Shown piece by piece: positions 28,453 through 38,534 of a stretch of DNA of 40,174 nt (the first letter of the stretch is position 1; each line of letters begins with the position of its first letter). The position numbers were made by a program, and so were the translations under genes. A model generated the notes under the pieces. It was given only the letters and a program-made list of their open reading frames with translations. It ran no database searches and was not told the DNA's origin. This DNA comes from Candidatus Zixiibacteriota bacterium (lineage in GTDB: Bacteria > Zixibacteria > MSB-5A5 > WJJR01): positions 1 to 40,174 of the forward strand of contig JAVHPP010000100.1 of NCBI GenBank assembly GCA_036170655.1, given 5' to 3'.

Positions 28453-29393
28453 GGTCCATACCGTCGAATTGTGCCCAAACGATAGTCGGTCAGTTCCGCT
28501 ACGATGGATCCCACCAGGACTTTGGTTTTCATCAACACCGGCAGATGAAGCCGGTCATCCGTAAGCCATACCTTAAGTTTGCCCTCCTGCTTGAACAGCC
28601 CAGCGGCTTGCAAGAGAGGTTCGACAACGACCGTGCTGAAAATACCGGCTTTGACTTCGATTCGTTCCCTGTGCAGTATCTTCACGGTCAGTGTATAGTT
28701 CTTCTTTCCTGTAAAGTTCTCGACCGTGATGTCGGCACCCGGCTCCAGTTCGAGGGCTCGCACATAATAGAGAAGCGACAGGGCATCCTGGACATAAGGC
28801 GGGATGGGAATCGTATCCTTCGGCGTGTAGGCGTTACCTGTCATGGGATCGAAGTCGGCAATCTGCTCGGCTCGGTATTTGCCTTCACGAAGGTATTTCT
28901 CGAAGCGCAACGGGTAGAGTTCGCGCACGTCCATGAAACTGATGGCGCTATCATCGACGCGGTAGAACGTGGAGAAGAACGCTGAGGATGCAACGGTAGA
29001 GACAATGGGGAAACAAAGATGCTTGCTGGTGTCAACGGGCGGGAGGACAACCATCCGTCCCGTCCCAGCGACGACGGATTGCCAGCCGATGTCATAGTAC
29101 AGTGTCTCGCCGAAGCCAAACGCGAGATTGAAGATCGGACGCGGCGGCCAGGGGCTGCTGTTCCGCATGGCTGCGGAACCGGTGTCGGGCGATGTCGGCT
29201 TGCTGTCGACATGTGCGGTATCCAATGGGCGCGTCGAAGTCTCGGCGTGCGACGCAAGGCCGCGCGTCTTCGGCGACTCCGCCTGTGCCCCGCTTGACCA
29301 AAACAGCAATCCCCAGAGCGCTCCGGTTGAGAGCAAACGCAGCGTCTGTCCAGCATGCCGGGGGCTACCGTTCTGTCTTCGCGGACGCGCCAT
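28449..29393 (-). CDS. DUF3108 domain exported protein
   Basis: Signal peptide, FGFGETLYY, FYRVDD, DALSLLYYVR, VKAGIF and VWLTDDRLHLPVLM. Confidence 0.78.
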   Translation of the reverse strand: MARPRRQNGSPRHAGQTLRLLSTGALWGLLFWSSGAQAESPKTRGLASHAETSTRPLDTAHVDSKPTSPDTGSAAMRNSSPWPPRPIFNLAFGFGETLYYDIGWQSVVAGTGRMVVLPPVDTSKHLCFPIVSTVASSAFFSTFYRVDDSAISFMDVRELYPLRFEKYLREGKYRAEQIADFDPMTGNAYTPKDTIPIPPYVQDALSLLYYVRALELEPGADITVENFTGKKNYTLTVKILHRERIEVKAGIFSTVVVEPLLQAAGLFKQEGKLKVWLTDDRLHLPVLMKTKVLVGSIVAELTDYRLGTIRRYGP

Positions 29394-29401
29394 AGATGCT
29401 C

Positions 29402-29941
29402 TCAGGTGACATCCCTCGGCGTCTGTCCGCCCGCCAATCCCGCCGCCATCTGCAGAATCGCAGGCAGACTGCGCCGAAGTGCTTCCTCAATCTGGAAGAA
29501 AGCCCGCTGATATTCCTCGAGATCGCCGCCAATCGGATCCCGAATCGAGAACTGGTCTATGTCCCCGGTGTGATCGGGAAAGGCCCGCAAGAGGAACAAC
29601 TTGCCCGGTGAAACACCGCCACGCAAACAGAAATCGGCATGCTCGGAGGCCATGACCAAAATAAGGTCCGCGTCATCGAGCATGGCCAGTGTCAGCGGCT
29701 GAGAACGGTGATCGTGAATGTCCACGCCGTACTCCTCCGCAACCGCAACCGCCAGTGGGGTGGCGGGCATTCCTCCCGCGGCCATCGTCCCGGCAGAAGC
29801 AACCGCAATCGCCGGGGTTTTCCCCCGATATTCGGTAAGCAGCTTCCTGATCAAGCCTTCGGCCATCGGACTGCGGCACGTATTGCCGGTGCAGACGAAG
29901 AGAACGCGAAGCGCGCGTTTATCGGATGTGTGCTCTCCCAT
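29402..29941 (-). CDS. Low-molecular-weight protein phosphatase, YwlE/arginine-phosphatase-like
   Basis: VLFVCTGNTCRSPMAE P-loop and IRDPIGG. Confidence 0.88.
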   Translation of the reverse strand: MGEHTSDKRALRVLFVCTGNTCRSPMAEGLIRKLLTEYRGKTPAIAVASAGTMAAGGMPATPLAVAVAEEYGVDIHDHRSQPLTLAMLDDADLILVMASEHADFCLRGGVSPGKLFLLRAFPDHTGDIDQFSIRDPIGGDLEEYQRAFFQIEEALRRSLPAILQMAAGLAGGQTPRDVT

Positions 29942-29965
29942 CGGGATTCTCGCCCGCCATTGAGA

Positions 29966-30673
29966 TCAGGTCCCACGCTTTGCCTGGCGCACGACCTTCT
30001 GCCAGACGGCAACTGGGATTATACCCCTTCTGACCAGCCGGGGCCGCCTGCCGGTGCAGTCCAGAACGGTCGATGGTGGGCGACGCCGAAAACGCGGTGG
30101 GCGCACCCACAGCAGGCAGCCCATCGACGCCTGCGTATGCAACCAACGATTTTCTTCCGCCGGGGACAACAGGAATCCCGACGGATTGGCACTCGTGGCG
30201 ATCAGGGGTTTTCCCACTTGACGGCAGAGTGCCGTGACAACCGGCTCCGGGGTGATACGGACGCCGATGGCATCCGACCTGTCTCCCAGATGACCCAAAA
30301 CACGATTCCGCATGGGCAAAATGAGCGTGAGCGGTCCCGGCCAGAATGCTCCGGCCAGCCCCTCCGCCCAGGCAGGCACAGCGATCCTCCACTCTGACAG
30401 CGCATCGCGTGTGGCGAAGAAAACGGAGAATGGACAGCGTTGCGAACGTCCCTTGATCTGGCGCACGAATTCCACCGCCCGGCAGTTGGTCGCATCCACA
30501 CTGAGCGCGTACTGCGTCTCTGTCGGCAACACAACAGCGCCACCCCGGACCAGATGACGCCTCAGGTGCTGGATGTCATGGACAGATGGATGGCGACGGT
30601 CGAGCCGCACGATCCCCGGAAGCGCGCCCAGCCCCCCTTGTGAGCCGTCCTGACGTCCAAGTTGCGATACCAT
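29966..30673 (-). CDS. tsaC: L-threonylcarbamoyladenylate synthase (Sua5/YrdC family)
   Basis: PTETQYAL, IKGR, FWPGPLTLIL, ATSANPSG and PSTVLD motifs. Confidence 0.85.
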   Translation of the reverse strand: MVSQLGRQDGSQGGLGALPGIVRLDRRHPSVHDIQHLRRHLVRGGAVVLPTETQYALSVDATNCRAVEFVRQIKGRSQRCPFSVFFATRDALSEWRIAVPAWAEGLAGAFWPGPLTLILPMRNRVLGHLGDRSDAIGVRITPEPVVTALCRQVGKPLIATSANPSGFLLSPAEENRWLHTQASMGCLLWVRPPRFRRRPPSTVLDCTGRRPRLVRRGIIPVAVWQKVVRQAKRGT

Positions 30674-30712
30674 ACCAAACGACAGGCCGCATTCCGTCTC
30701 CCGGAAAACCCG

Positions 30713-31792
30713 TCAGAGGAACGGCTCCCAGCGGCTGTCGGACTTGAGAACGTCGTTAAGTTCACGCATCTCCTCGATGCGTGACTTGTGGGCGATGAAA
30801 GTGACACGGCCCGTGCGCACGATGACCAGATCGGAGACTCCGAGAGTACAGACAAGATCATCGGTCTCGTTATAGATCGTCAGATCAAAGGAATGCAAGG
30901 GCAAAGCCGTTCCCTCGATGACGTTTCGCTCTGGTCCCCCCGGCTTGAGCCGTTCCAATGCCAGCCAGCTGCCGACATCATCCCAGAAAATATCCGCCTT
31001 GATCACCACGACATTGTCGGCATGTTCCAAGACGGCCTTGTCAATCGAGACACAGGGGGTGGTGGCGTACAGCTCCCGCAACGCCTCTGCCTGCCCGGGT
31101 GCGCCGATGGATTTGCTGTACTTGACCAGCGCGGCGTGCATTTGGGGGTGATGCTTCTCGATTGCGGCGAGAAGCGGTTTGACCGCCCAGACGAAGATTC
31201 CCGCGTTCCAGAGATGGCGCCGGTCGTAATAGTAGTCCTGTGCAGTGTTGCGGTCGGGCTTTTCGCGAAAGGCTTCGACCTGATAGGATGCGATACCGTC
31301 AGATGTGGCAAAATGCGCGCCGAGTTCAATGTAACCGAACCCCGTTTCCGCGCGGGTCGGGGTGATCCCGATCGTAATCAAGTCCGGTTCATTCTGTGCC
31401 AGCCGGATGCCCTCTTTGAGAATGCGCAAGAACGTGGATGGCGGCTCGATCGCATGATCGGCCGAGAGCACGACCATGGTCGCCTCGGGATCGCGCGCCG
31501 CGAGCTCGACGGCCGCCCAGCCGATCGCCATGCAGGTGTTATTGCTGCTGGGTTCGGCCAGGATATTGACCGCCGGCAGATGTTGTGCACGTTCGCAGAC
31601 AGCATTCTTGATTTCCTCGCCCGTGACGATCCAGATGCGCTCCGGTGGAAATGCGGTGGCGATACGGTCGATGGTCGCTTCCAGCATCGTCCGGTGCGAA
31701 ATGATCGGCAGCAATTGTTTGGGACGGCCCCGACGCGACATCGGCCAGAACCGTTCCCCCCGGCCACCTGCCAAGATTACCGCATGCTCCAC
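30713..31792 (-). CDS. manC: Mannose-1-phosphate guanylyltransferase
   Basis: VILAGGRGERFWPMSR..PKQLL, ETGFGYI, FREKP, WNAGIF, SIDKAVLE and WDDVGSW motifs. Confidence 0.92.
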   Translation of the reverse strand: MEHAVILAGGRGERFWPMSRRGRPKQLLPIISHRTMLEATIDRIATAFPPERIWIVTGEEIKNAVCERAQHLPAVNILAEPSSNNTCMAIGWAAVELAARDPEATMVVLSADHAIEPPSTFLRILKEGIRLAQNEPDLITIGITPTRAETGFGYIELGAHFATSDGIASYQVEAFREKPDRNTAQDYYYDRRHLWNAGIFVWAVKPLLAAIEKHHPQMHAALVKYSKSIGAPGQAEALRELYATTPCVSIDKAVLEHADNVVVIKADIFWDDVGSWLALERLKPGGPERNVIEGTALPLHSFDLTIYNETDDLVCTLGVSDLVIVRTGRVTFIAHKSRIEEMRELNDVLKSDSRWEPFL

Positions 31793-31819
31793 GCAAACCT
31801 CGCTTTCACGAGCCGGATT

Positions 31820-32500
31820 TCAAAACTGCGACGGGAGCCCCAGGGCCTGATCGTAAGTCCGCCGCAACAATTTCAGGTCTTCCCACGCCTCTTTCTTGAA
31901 GTTCGGGTTTCGCAGCAGCGCCGCCGGATGAAATGTCACCAGCATCCGGGCGCCGCCCACGTCGTAAAAGCGGCCGCGCATTTTCCCCAACGGGGTCTTG
32001 GTATCGAGAAGAATCTGCGCCGCGACGCGACCGAGCGAACAGATAAACTTGGGGGCAAGCAGACGAATCTGTTCGGCCAGATGCGGCAGGCAGGCGCCGG
32101 ATTCCTCCGGCAGCGGGTCACGATTCTCGGGAGGACGGCACTTCAACACATTGGCAATGTAGATGTCCTCACGTTTCAAGCCGATGGCTGCAATCATCTT
32201 GTCGAGTAATTGTCCCGCGCGACCGACAAACGGGAGTCCCGACAGGTCTTCATCGCGGCCCGGCGCCTCTCCGATAAAGAGGATGTCCGCCGTCGGACTG
32301 CCTGTGCCGAAGACGAACTTCGTGCGCGTGAATCCCAGCGGGCACTTGGTGCAGGTGTGGATCAACTCGTAAAGTTCATCCAGCGAGGCGGGACGCACGA
32401 CACGCGGTTTGTCGTCAAACAATTCCAGCGCCGGTTCCACCTGCAGGAGTTGCTGCAGAGCACGCGCTGCTAAGAATGATGTTTCATCAGGTGTCGTCAT
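31820..32500 (-). CDS. Uracil-DNA glycosylase, family 4 (Fe-S)
   Basis: [38 protein letters not shown] and TFHPAALLR motifs. Confidence 0.94.
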   Translation of the reverse strand: MTTPDETSFLAARALQQLLQVEPALELFDDKPRVVRPASLDELYELIHTCTKCPLGFTRTKFVFGTGSPTADILFIGEAPGRDEDLSGLPFVGRAGQLLDKMIAAIGLKREDIYIANVLKCRPPENRDPLPEESGACLPHLAEQIRLLAPKFICSLGRVAAQILLDTKTPLGKMRGRFYDVGGARMLVTFHPAALLRNPNFKKEAWEDLKLLRRTYDQALGLPSQF

Positions 32501-33738
32501 TTCGTTGTCTTCATGGAGAAGTCCGCCTTCGGTGTCAGGCCCGACGCCACCCGGTCCACAATGTGTTGTGCCAGTTTCCTCTTGCTGACCAACCCCGTCC
32601 GTTCGACCGCGCCATACGCGTCCATCAGAATCGCGTTGTTGTGGTCGCTGCCAAACCCTGATCCGGGCGCCGTCGGATTGTTCGCCACGAGCAGGTCAAG
32701 GTTCTTGGCTTTCAACTTGGACGATGATTCCAGCCGTGACGGGTCGGTTTCCAGCGCGAATCCCACCAGATACTGACCGCTTTTTTTGCGCGCGCCCATG
32801 GCCGCCAAGATATCGGGAGTCGCTTCCAAGCGCAACGGCGGAGGGCCAGCGGCTTTCGGGATCTTTTGCGATTCCGGCCGGGCAATGCGCCAATCGCTGA
32901 CGGCCGCGACGGCGATGGCCGCGTCACAGGCCTCAAATCGCGACATCACGGCGTTGTACATCTCATCCGCCGTCTCCACATCCAGACGTTCCACACCGGA
33001 GGGCGTCGGCAACGCCGTTGGCCCGCTGATGAGGATGACCTCTGCACCCCGTTCGGCGGCGGCTTGGGCGACAGCATACCCCATCTTGCCCGATGAGCGA
33101 TTGGTTATCACACGCACAGGATCAATTGGCTCTCGCGTGGGACCTGCGGTCACCAGGATCATCCGACTCTCCAGGTCACGCGGGGCAACCCCTTGGAAAA
33201 GAGTCTCGGCTGCCGCAACGATCGTTTCTGGTTCCGCCATGCGGCCAACACCAAATGTATGGCAGGCCAGCAGTCCGACTGTTGGATCAACAAAATGGAC
33301 CCCGCGTGCGCGCAGGGTCTTGAGGTTGGCCTGCACGGCCGGGTGGTTGTACATGTCGGTGTTCATGGCCGGCGCAAGCAGAACCGGAGCGGTCAGCGAG
33401 ATCAGGAGAGTCGTCAGCATATCATCCGCCAGACCTGCCGCATACTTCCCGACGAAATCCGCCGTCGCCGGCGCTATGATCGCCAGTTCAGTCCAGTCCG
33501 AGATATCGATGTGACGGGTGCCGACATAGCGATCTGCCGGAAACATCTCGAGGAGAACTTCACGTTCGGAGACGGTCTCCATTGTCAGCGGCGTGATGAA
33601 ATGAGTCGCGTTGCGGGTCATGGTGACCCAGACATCGGCACCGGCATCCTTGAGCCGGCGGCACAGATATGCCGACTTGTATGCGGCAATCCCGCCTGTG
33701 ATACCCAGTAAAATGTGATGGTTTTCAAGGACGCTCAT
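32497..33738 (-). CDS. coaBC: Bifunctional phosphopantothenoylcysteine decarboxylase/synthase
   Basis: GITGGIAAYK, APATA, APAMN, LAC...G.GRM, TAGPTREPIDPVR..NRSSGKMG and VGFALET motifs. Confidence 0.96.
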   Translation of the reverse strand: MSVLENHHILLGITGGIAAYKSAYLCRRLKDAGADVWVTMTRNATHFITPLTMETVSEREVLLEMFPADRYVGTRHIDISDWTELAIIAPATADFVGKYAAGLADDMLTTLLISLTAPVLLAPAMNTDMYNHPAVQANLKTLRARGVHFVDPTVGLLACHTFGVGRMAEPETIVAAAETLFQGVAPRDLESRMILVTAGPTREPIDPVRVITNRSSGKMGYAVAQAAAERGAEVILISGPTALPTPSGVERLDVETADEMYNAVMSRFEACDAAIAVAAVSDWRIARPESQKIPKAAGPPPLRLEATPDILAAMGARKKSGQYLVGFALETDPSRLESSSKLKAKNLDLLVANNPTAPGSGFGSDHNNAILMDAYGAVERTGLVSKRKLAQHIVDRVASGLTPKADFSMKTTK

Positions 33739-33759
33739 AAAATCCCACCTCCCCCATGG

Positions 33760-35391
33760 CTACGCATGGCGAAAGTTGCGCACTCCGGAGAACACCATGG
33801 CGATCCCATGTTCGTTGCAGGCGGCAATGACTTCCGCGTCGCGCTTGGAACCTCCGGGTTGGATGACGGCCACCACGCCGGCGCTGGCGGCCGCATCGAG
33901 GCCATCGCGCATGGGGAAAAACGCATCCGATGCCAGCACAGCGCCCTTGGCCCGTTCGCCGGCGCGCGTGACCGCTGAGTGCACAGCGTCGACACGCGAT
34001 GTCTGTCCCGCGCCGATGCCCACGGCCGCCTTCTGCTGGACCAGCACAATGGCATTGGACTTGGCGTGCTTGGCCACCTTGCGAGCAAACAACATGGAGA
34101 CGATCTGCTCAGCCGTTGGCGCTATTTGTGTCACGACGCGCAGTTCGGCCGGATCTAATTCCCGGTCGTCGTCATCCTGAACCAGCAGTCCGCCGAGGAT
34201 TTCGCGGAACCGCAACCGCCGCGGCGAGCGAAGACCCATCGTCAAAGCCGTGACGTAGCGGCGAGTCTTCTTTGTGAGCATGAGTTCCAAGGCATCGGCA
34301 TCGTATCCGGGCGCGAGAACGCACTCGATGAAGGTTGTCCCCTGGAGCGCTTCCGCACAGGCCCGGTCAACCGGCCGATTCAAGACAACGATGGAGCCGT
34401 AGGCGGACAAGGGATCGGTGGCATAGGCCAGTTCGTATGCTTCCCGGATGCTCGATCCGGCCGCAGCACCGCAGGGATTTGCATGTTTGAAGATGGCCGC
34501 AAACGGTTCGTCGAAATCCGCCGCCATTCGCCAGGCCGCATCAAGGTCCCCATAATTGTTGTACGACAGTTCTTTCCCGCCGGCGACCGGCGCTGCCGCC
34601 AGGGATGGTCCATCGTCATCCAAAGCACGATAAAGCGCCGCCTTCTGGTGGGGATTCTCTCCGTAACGAAGGGCGCCGGCCTTCTGAAAACTCTGAACCC
34701 AGATGGCCGGAAAGTGCGTGTCACTGACCGGGTCTTCGTTCTTCGCCAGATACGATGCGATCTTCGCATCATAGGCGGCGGTGATCACAAATGCGCGAGC
34801 GGCAAGTCGGCGTCGCGTCACACCGGTGGTGGCTCCCTGATGGGCATCCAATTCGTCCGCCAGTGTTTGATAGTCTTGCGGATCACACACGACCGCTACC
34901 GTCTCGTGATTTTTCGCTGCCGCGCGGATCATGGTGGGGCCACCTACGTCGATCAACTCAACGGCGTCCTCATAGCGAGACGACGGATTGTCGGCTGTCT
35001 TCGCAAATGGATAAAGATTCACAACGACCAATTCAAAGGTTCCGATTCCCGCCCTTTCAAGTTCATCGCGATCAGACGGGAGATTCGGCCGTCCCAGAAT
35101 GCCGCCAAGTAGGTTCGGGTGCAGGGTCTTGACCCGTCCGCCCAGCATCGAGGCGAATCCTGTCAAGGTTTCGACCGGAGTAACCGGAATGCCCGCCTCC
35201 CGCAGAGCCGTCATCGTTCCACCAGTGGAAACGATCTCAACCCCGTGCTTTTGCAATGCGAGAGCGAACGGGACAATCCCGGTCTTGTCGTAAGCAGACA
35301 GGACCGCGCGCTTCACGATCACCGGCTCATCCGGCAAGGATCGCTCTGCCGCCTGAGAACCATTATTGTTCAAGATCTTGGTCATCGTCAT
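33760..35391 (-). CDS. purH: Bifunctional AICAR transformylase/IMP cyclohydrolase
   Basis: RAVLSAYDKTG, STGGT, GGRVKTLHP, IDVGGP, LRYGENPHQ, KHANPCG, ASDAFFP and QPGGS. Start reassigned to about 35391. Confidence 0.96.
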   Translation of the reverse strand: MTMTKILNNNGSQAAERSLPDEPVIVKRAVLSAYDKTGIVPFALALQKHGVEIVSTGGTMTALREAGIPVTPVETLTGFASMLGGRVKTLHPNLLGGILGRPNLPSDRDELERAGIGTFELVVVNLYPFAKTADNPSSRYEDAVELIDVGGPTMIRAAAKNHETVAVVCDPQDYQTLADELDAHQGATTGVTRRRLAARAFVITAAYDAKIASYLAKNEDPVSDTHFPAIWVQSFQKAGALRYGENPHQKAALYRALDDDGPSLAAAPVAGGKELSYNNYGDLDAAWRMAADFDEPFAAIFKHANPCGAAAGSSIREAYELAYATDPLSAYGSIVVLNRPVDRACAEALQGTTFIECVLAPGYDADALELMLTKKTRRYVTALTMGLRSPRRLRFREILGGLLVQDDDDRELDPAELRVVTQIAPTAEQIVSMLFARKVAKHAKSNAIVLVQQKAAVGIGAGQTSRVDAVHSAVTRAGERAKGAVLASDAFFPMRDGLDAAASAGVVAVIQPGGSKRDAEVIAACNEHGIAMVFSGVRNFRHA

Positions 35392-35456
35392 CGCCAGTCG
35401 ATTCTCCAAGGTTCTACGGCATGGGTCCGGAGAGCGCAGTGGGTCAGCCGTACCAG

Positions 35457-36410
35457 TCACCCGATCAGCCGCCGCTGGGCCTCGCGGTATTTGCCGATGG
35501 TGGCGCGTACGACATCGTCGGGTAATTCCGGCGCCGGCGGCTGTTTGTTCCACTTGATTTGCATGAGATAGTCGCGGACATACTGCTTGTCATAGCTTGG
35601 CTGAGACATGCCGGGACGGTAACTGTCCGCCGGCCAAAAGCGCGACGAATCCGGCGAGCAGATCTCGTCGATCAGAGTCAGTTGCTCTCTGTCAAAGCCA
35701 AACTCGAACTTCGTGTCGGCAATAATGATCCCCCGCTCGGCGGCGTAGCGGGCACACCAGTCGTAGAGCGCCAGCGTCACGTCCCGCAACCGCCCGGCCA
35801 GCGCCTGACCGAGGACGCCGGCCATGCGTTCCAGAGACACGTTTTCATCGTGGCCCGCGTCATTCTTGGTCGCCGGTGTAAAGATGGCCTCGGGCAGTTT
35901 CTGGGAGTCCACGAGGTCCGAGGAAAACTCGAATCCGTGCACGGACACATCCGAGCCGGGAGAAGCGGCGCGGACGGCCATGTACTCCTTATACAACGAT
36001 CCGGCAATATAGCCGCGTGCCACACATTCGAAATCGATGCGCTGGCATTTCTTCACCAGCATTGCACGGTCCTGAAGCTGATCGCGGAATGACGGCAGCG
36101 GCGCCGGAAACTGGGCTACGTCGCAAGTGATCAGGTGATTCGGCACGATCCCTCGCGTTTTCTCGAACCAGAACCGCGACATCTGCGTCAGGATTTTCCC
36201 CTTGCCGGGAATGGCTGTTGGCAAGACCACATCAAACGCCGAGAGACGGTCGGTGGCAACGATCAGCAGTTTGTCGCCCAGATCGTAGATGTCACGGACC
36301 TTCCCCCTTGCCAGAAGAGGTATGTTTCCGAGATTTGTCTCTACGATGGCATCCATCATCTGTGTCTCAGTCTCTATCGACGTACGGCCTTCGCGATTAT
36401 TCCGCGCCAT
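35457..36410 (-). CDS. purC: Phosphoribosylaminoimidazole-succinocarboxamide synthase
   Basis: GKVRDIY, ATDRLSAFD, ECVARGY, FTPATK, IADTKFEFG, PDSSRFW and DKQYVRD. Start at 36410 (TGATG overlap with purN) or 36359. Confidence 0.96.
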   Translation of the reverse strand: MARNNREGRTSIETETQMMDAIVETNLGNIPLLARGKVRDIYDLGDKLLIVATDRLSAFDVVLPTAIPGKGKILTQMSRFWFEKTRGIVPNHLITCDVAQFPAPLPSFRDQLQDRAMLVKKCQRIDFECVARGYIAGSLYKEYMAVRAASPGSDVSVHGFEFSSDLVDSQKLPEAIFTPATKNDAGHDENVSLERMAGVLGQALAGRLRDVTLALYDWCARYAAERGIIIADTKFEFGFDREQLTLIDEICSPDSSRFWPADSYRPGMSQPSYDKQYVRDYLMQIKWNKQPPAPELPDDVVRATIGKYREAQRRLIG

Positions 36411-37042
36411 CAGTCCCCGTCTCGCCTTGTCCTTCGGTACTCTTGCGCGAATCGGGCAATGGCATCCGGCAACAGTTCGTGTTCGACCTTGAGGACACGA
36501 TCGCGCAAGCACTCGGGGGTGTCACCCGTAAGCACCGGGACTGTCCTCTGCATGTAGATCGCGCCATGATCGTATTCGGGGTCAACAAAATGGACCGTGG
36601 CTCCGCTCACCTTTTCTCCCGCCGCCAAAACCGCCTCGTGCACGCGCATGCCATAGTAACCCGCGCCGCCAAACTTCGGCAGTAGCGCGGGGTGAAGATT
36701 GATGATTCGTCCCAGATATGCACGGACAATTTCCGGGGGCAGGAGTTTCATGTATCCGGCCAGGACAATGAGATCGACCCGGCGAGATCCGAGAATGCCG
36801 AGAAGACCCTGCACGAAAGCCGCGTGTGAACCGGCCCGCTTTTCTGACCAGTGGACTCCTTCGACGCCGGCGTGGCGGGCGCGATCGAGTGCGGGCGCGC
36901 TGCTATTATTCGAGACGACAACGGCGATGGCCGCCTTCAATCTGCCGGAGGCGATCCGATCCAGAACGGCCTGCAGATTTGTCCCCGTCCCCGAGGCGAA
37001 AACTGCGATGCGCAACCTATCGTTATCCACCCTCTGTGTCAT
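36410..37042 (-). CDS. purN: Phosphoribosylglycinamide formyltransferase
   Basis: FASGTGTNLQA, LAGYMKLL, INLHPALLP and GATVHFV..EYDHG motifs. Confidence 0.96.
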   Translation of the reverse strand: MTQRVDNDRLRIAVFASGTGTNLQAVLDRIASGRLKAAIAVVVSNNSSAPALDRARHAGVEGVHWSEKRAGSHAAFVQGLLGILGSRRVDLIVLAGYMKLLPPEIVRAYLGRIINLHPALLPKFGGAGYYGMRVHEAVLAAGEKVSGATVHFVDPEYDHGAIYMQRTVPVLTGDTPECLRDRVLKVEHELLPDAIARFAQEYRRTRRDGD

Positions 37043-37061
37043 ACCTTGTTCGCCGGACGGG

Positions 37062-38528
37062 TCACGTGGTCTTCAATCGTTCCGCCAGCATCTGGTTCAG
37101 CCGCTGCGGATTGGCCTGTCCCTGTGTCTTCTTCATGGCCTGCCCGACAAAGTACGCCATCATGCGGGTCTTACCTGACTTGTATTCCAGAATCTGCGTT
37201 GGACTCTCCGCCAGTACGTCGTCGACAACTTTCGCCAGTGCACGATCATCAGAAATCTGGCCCAGTCCCTCCACATCGACAATCTGACGCGCCGAACGTC
37301 CGGTCGCCAGCATCGTTTCGAACACATCTTTGGACATTTTGCCGGATATGTTACCATCGTCCACAAGCGCCAGAAGCTCTCCCAGCCTTGCTGGAGAAAC
37401 CGGAAAGTCTCTGACGTCAATCCCCTGCTCTTTGACAACACGCAGCACTTCGGTCATGATCCAATTCGACACTTTCTTGCCGTCAGGAAAAGATGCTACC
37501 GCCGCCTCGAAGTAGTCAGCCAGTTGTCTTGTGCTTGTCAGCACGGATGCATCATAGGCGGGGATTCCATAGTGGCCGGCAAAGCGCGCGGCCCGTGCAT
37601 CGGGCATCTCCGGGAGAGACGCGCGCACCGATGCAACCCACGCCTCGGAGATGACCAGGGGAAGTAAATCGGGTTCAGGGAAGTACCGGTAGTCGGACGA
37701 CTCCTCTTTGGAACGCATGGGCGAGGCGGTCTGGCTCTTCTCGTCCCAGAGCATGGTCTGCTGGATCACCGTCCCGCCGTTCCTGACTAAACCGATCTGC
37801 CGTTCGATTTCAAAAGCGAGCGCCCGCTCGACGGACTTAAACGAGTTCATGTTCTTCACTTCTGTCCGTGTACCGAGCCGCGCCGAACTCGCCGGACGGA
37901 TCGAGACATTGGCATCACAGCGGAGAGCGCCTTCTTCCATATTCCCCGTGCAAATCTCCAGGTACTCCAGAATCTGGTGCAGCTTCTGCAGATACAGCGA
38001 GGCTTGGCGTGGGGATCGGATATCGGGCTGGCTGACAATCTCAAGCAGAGGCACCCCGCATCGATTCATGTCAATCAGCGATGCGTTCTCAGATCTTGCC
38101 ATTTCAGCGTGCAGCGATTTGCCCGCATCCTCTTCAAGATGGACGCGTATCAGGCCGACCTTCATGGCAGTGCTTCCATCGCCAAATTCGACCGCGCCGC
38201 CCTCGCCAATGGGGCAGTCGAACTGTGAAATCTGGTATCCCTTCGGCAGGTCGGGATAGAAATAGTTCTTCCTCGCGAAAATGCTCTCGGGATTGACACG
38301 GCCGCCCACGGTCAGGATCAGCCGTATTGCGAACTCCGCGGCCTGCCGGTTCAGCGCGGGCAATGCTCCCGGAAGCCCGAGACAGACTGGGCAAACCTGG
38401 GAGTTCGGGACGGCACCGAATGCGGCCGAGCACCCGCAGAAAATCTTCGACCGGGTCCGAAGCTGGGCGTGAGCCTCCAGGCCGATGACGGGTTCGTATG
38501 GTCCTTGAGATCTTCCCATCGCACTCAT
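37062..38528 (-). CDS. gatB: Asp-tRNA(Asn)/Glu-tRNA(Gln) amidotransferase subunit B
   Basis: VIGLEAHAQL, RKNYFYPDLPKGYQISQ, HLEEDAGKS, LRCDANVS, EVKNMNS and DYRYFPEPDL motifs. Confidence 0.97.
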   Translation of the reverse strand: MSAMGRSQGPYEPVIGLEAHAQLRTRSKIFCGCSAAFGAVPNSQVCPVCLGLPGALPALNRQAAEFAIRLILTVGGRVNPESIFARKNYFYPDLPKGYQISQFDCPIGEGGAVEFGDGSTAMKVGLIRVHLEEDAGKSLHAEMARSENASLIDMNRCGVPLLEIVSQPDIRSPRQASLYLQKLHQILEYLEICTGNMEEGALRCDANVSIRPASSARLGTRTEVKNMNSFKSVERALAFEIERQIGLVRNGGTVIQQTMLWDEKSQTASPMRSKEESSDYRYFPEPDLLPLVISEAWVASVRASLPEMPDARAARFAGHYGIPAYDASVLTSTRQLADYFEAAVASFPDGKKVSNWIMTEVLRVVKEQGIDVRDFPVSPARLGELLALVDDGNISGKMSKDVFETMLATGRSARQIVDVEGLGQISDDRALAKVVDDVLAESPTQILEYKSGKTRMMAYFVGQAMKKTQGQANPQRLNQMLAERLKTT

Positions 38529-38534
38529 AATGAT

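Noticed and set aside
30788..32209. 473-aa plus-strand ORF (likewise 7463-8431, 12599-13549, 26166-27038 and 38616-39356)
   Set aside because: These are antisense to well-supported genes and have no recognisable motifs, as expected in GC-rich DNA.
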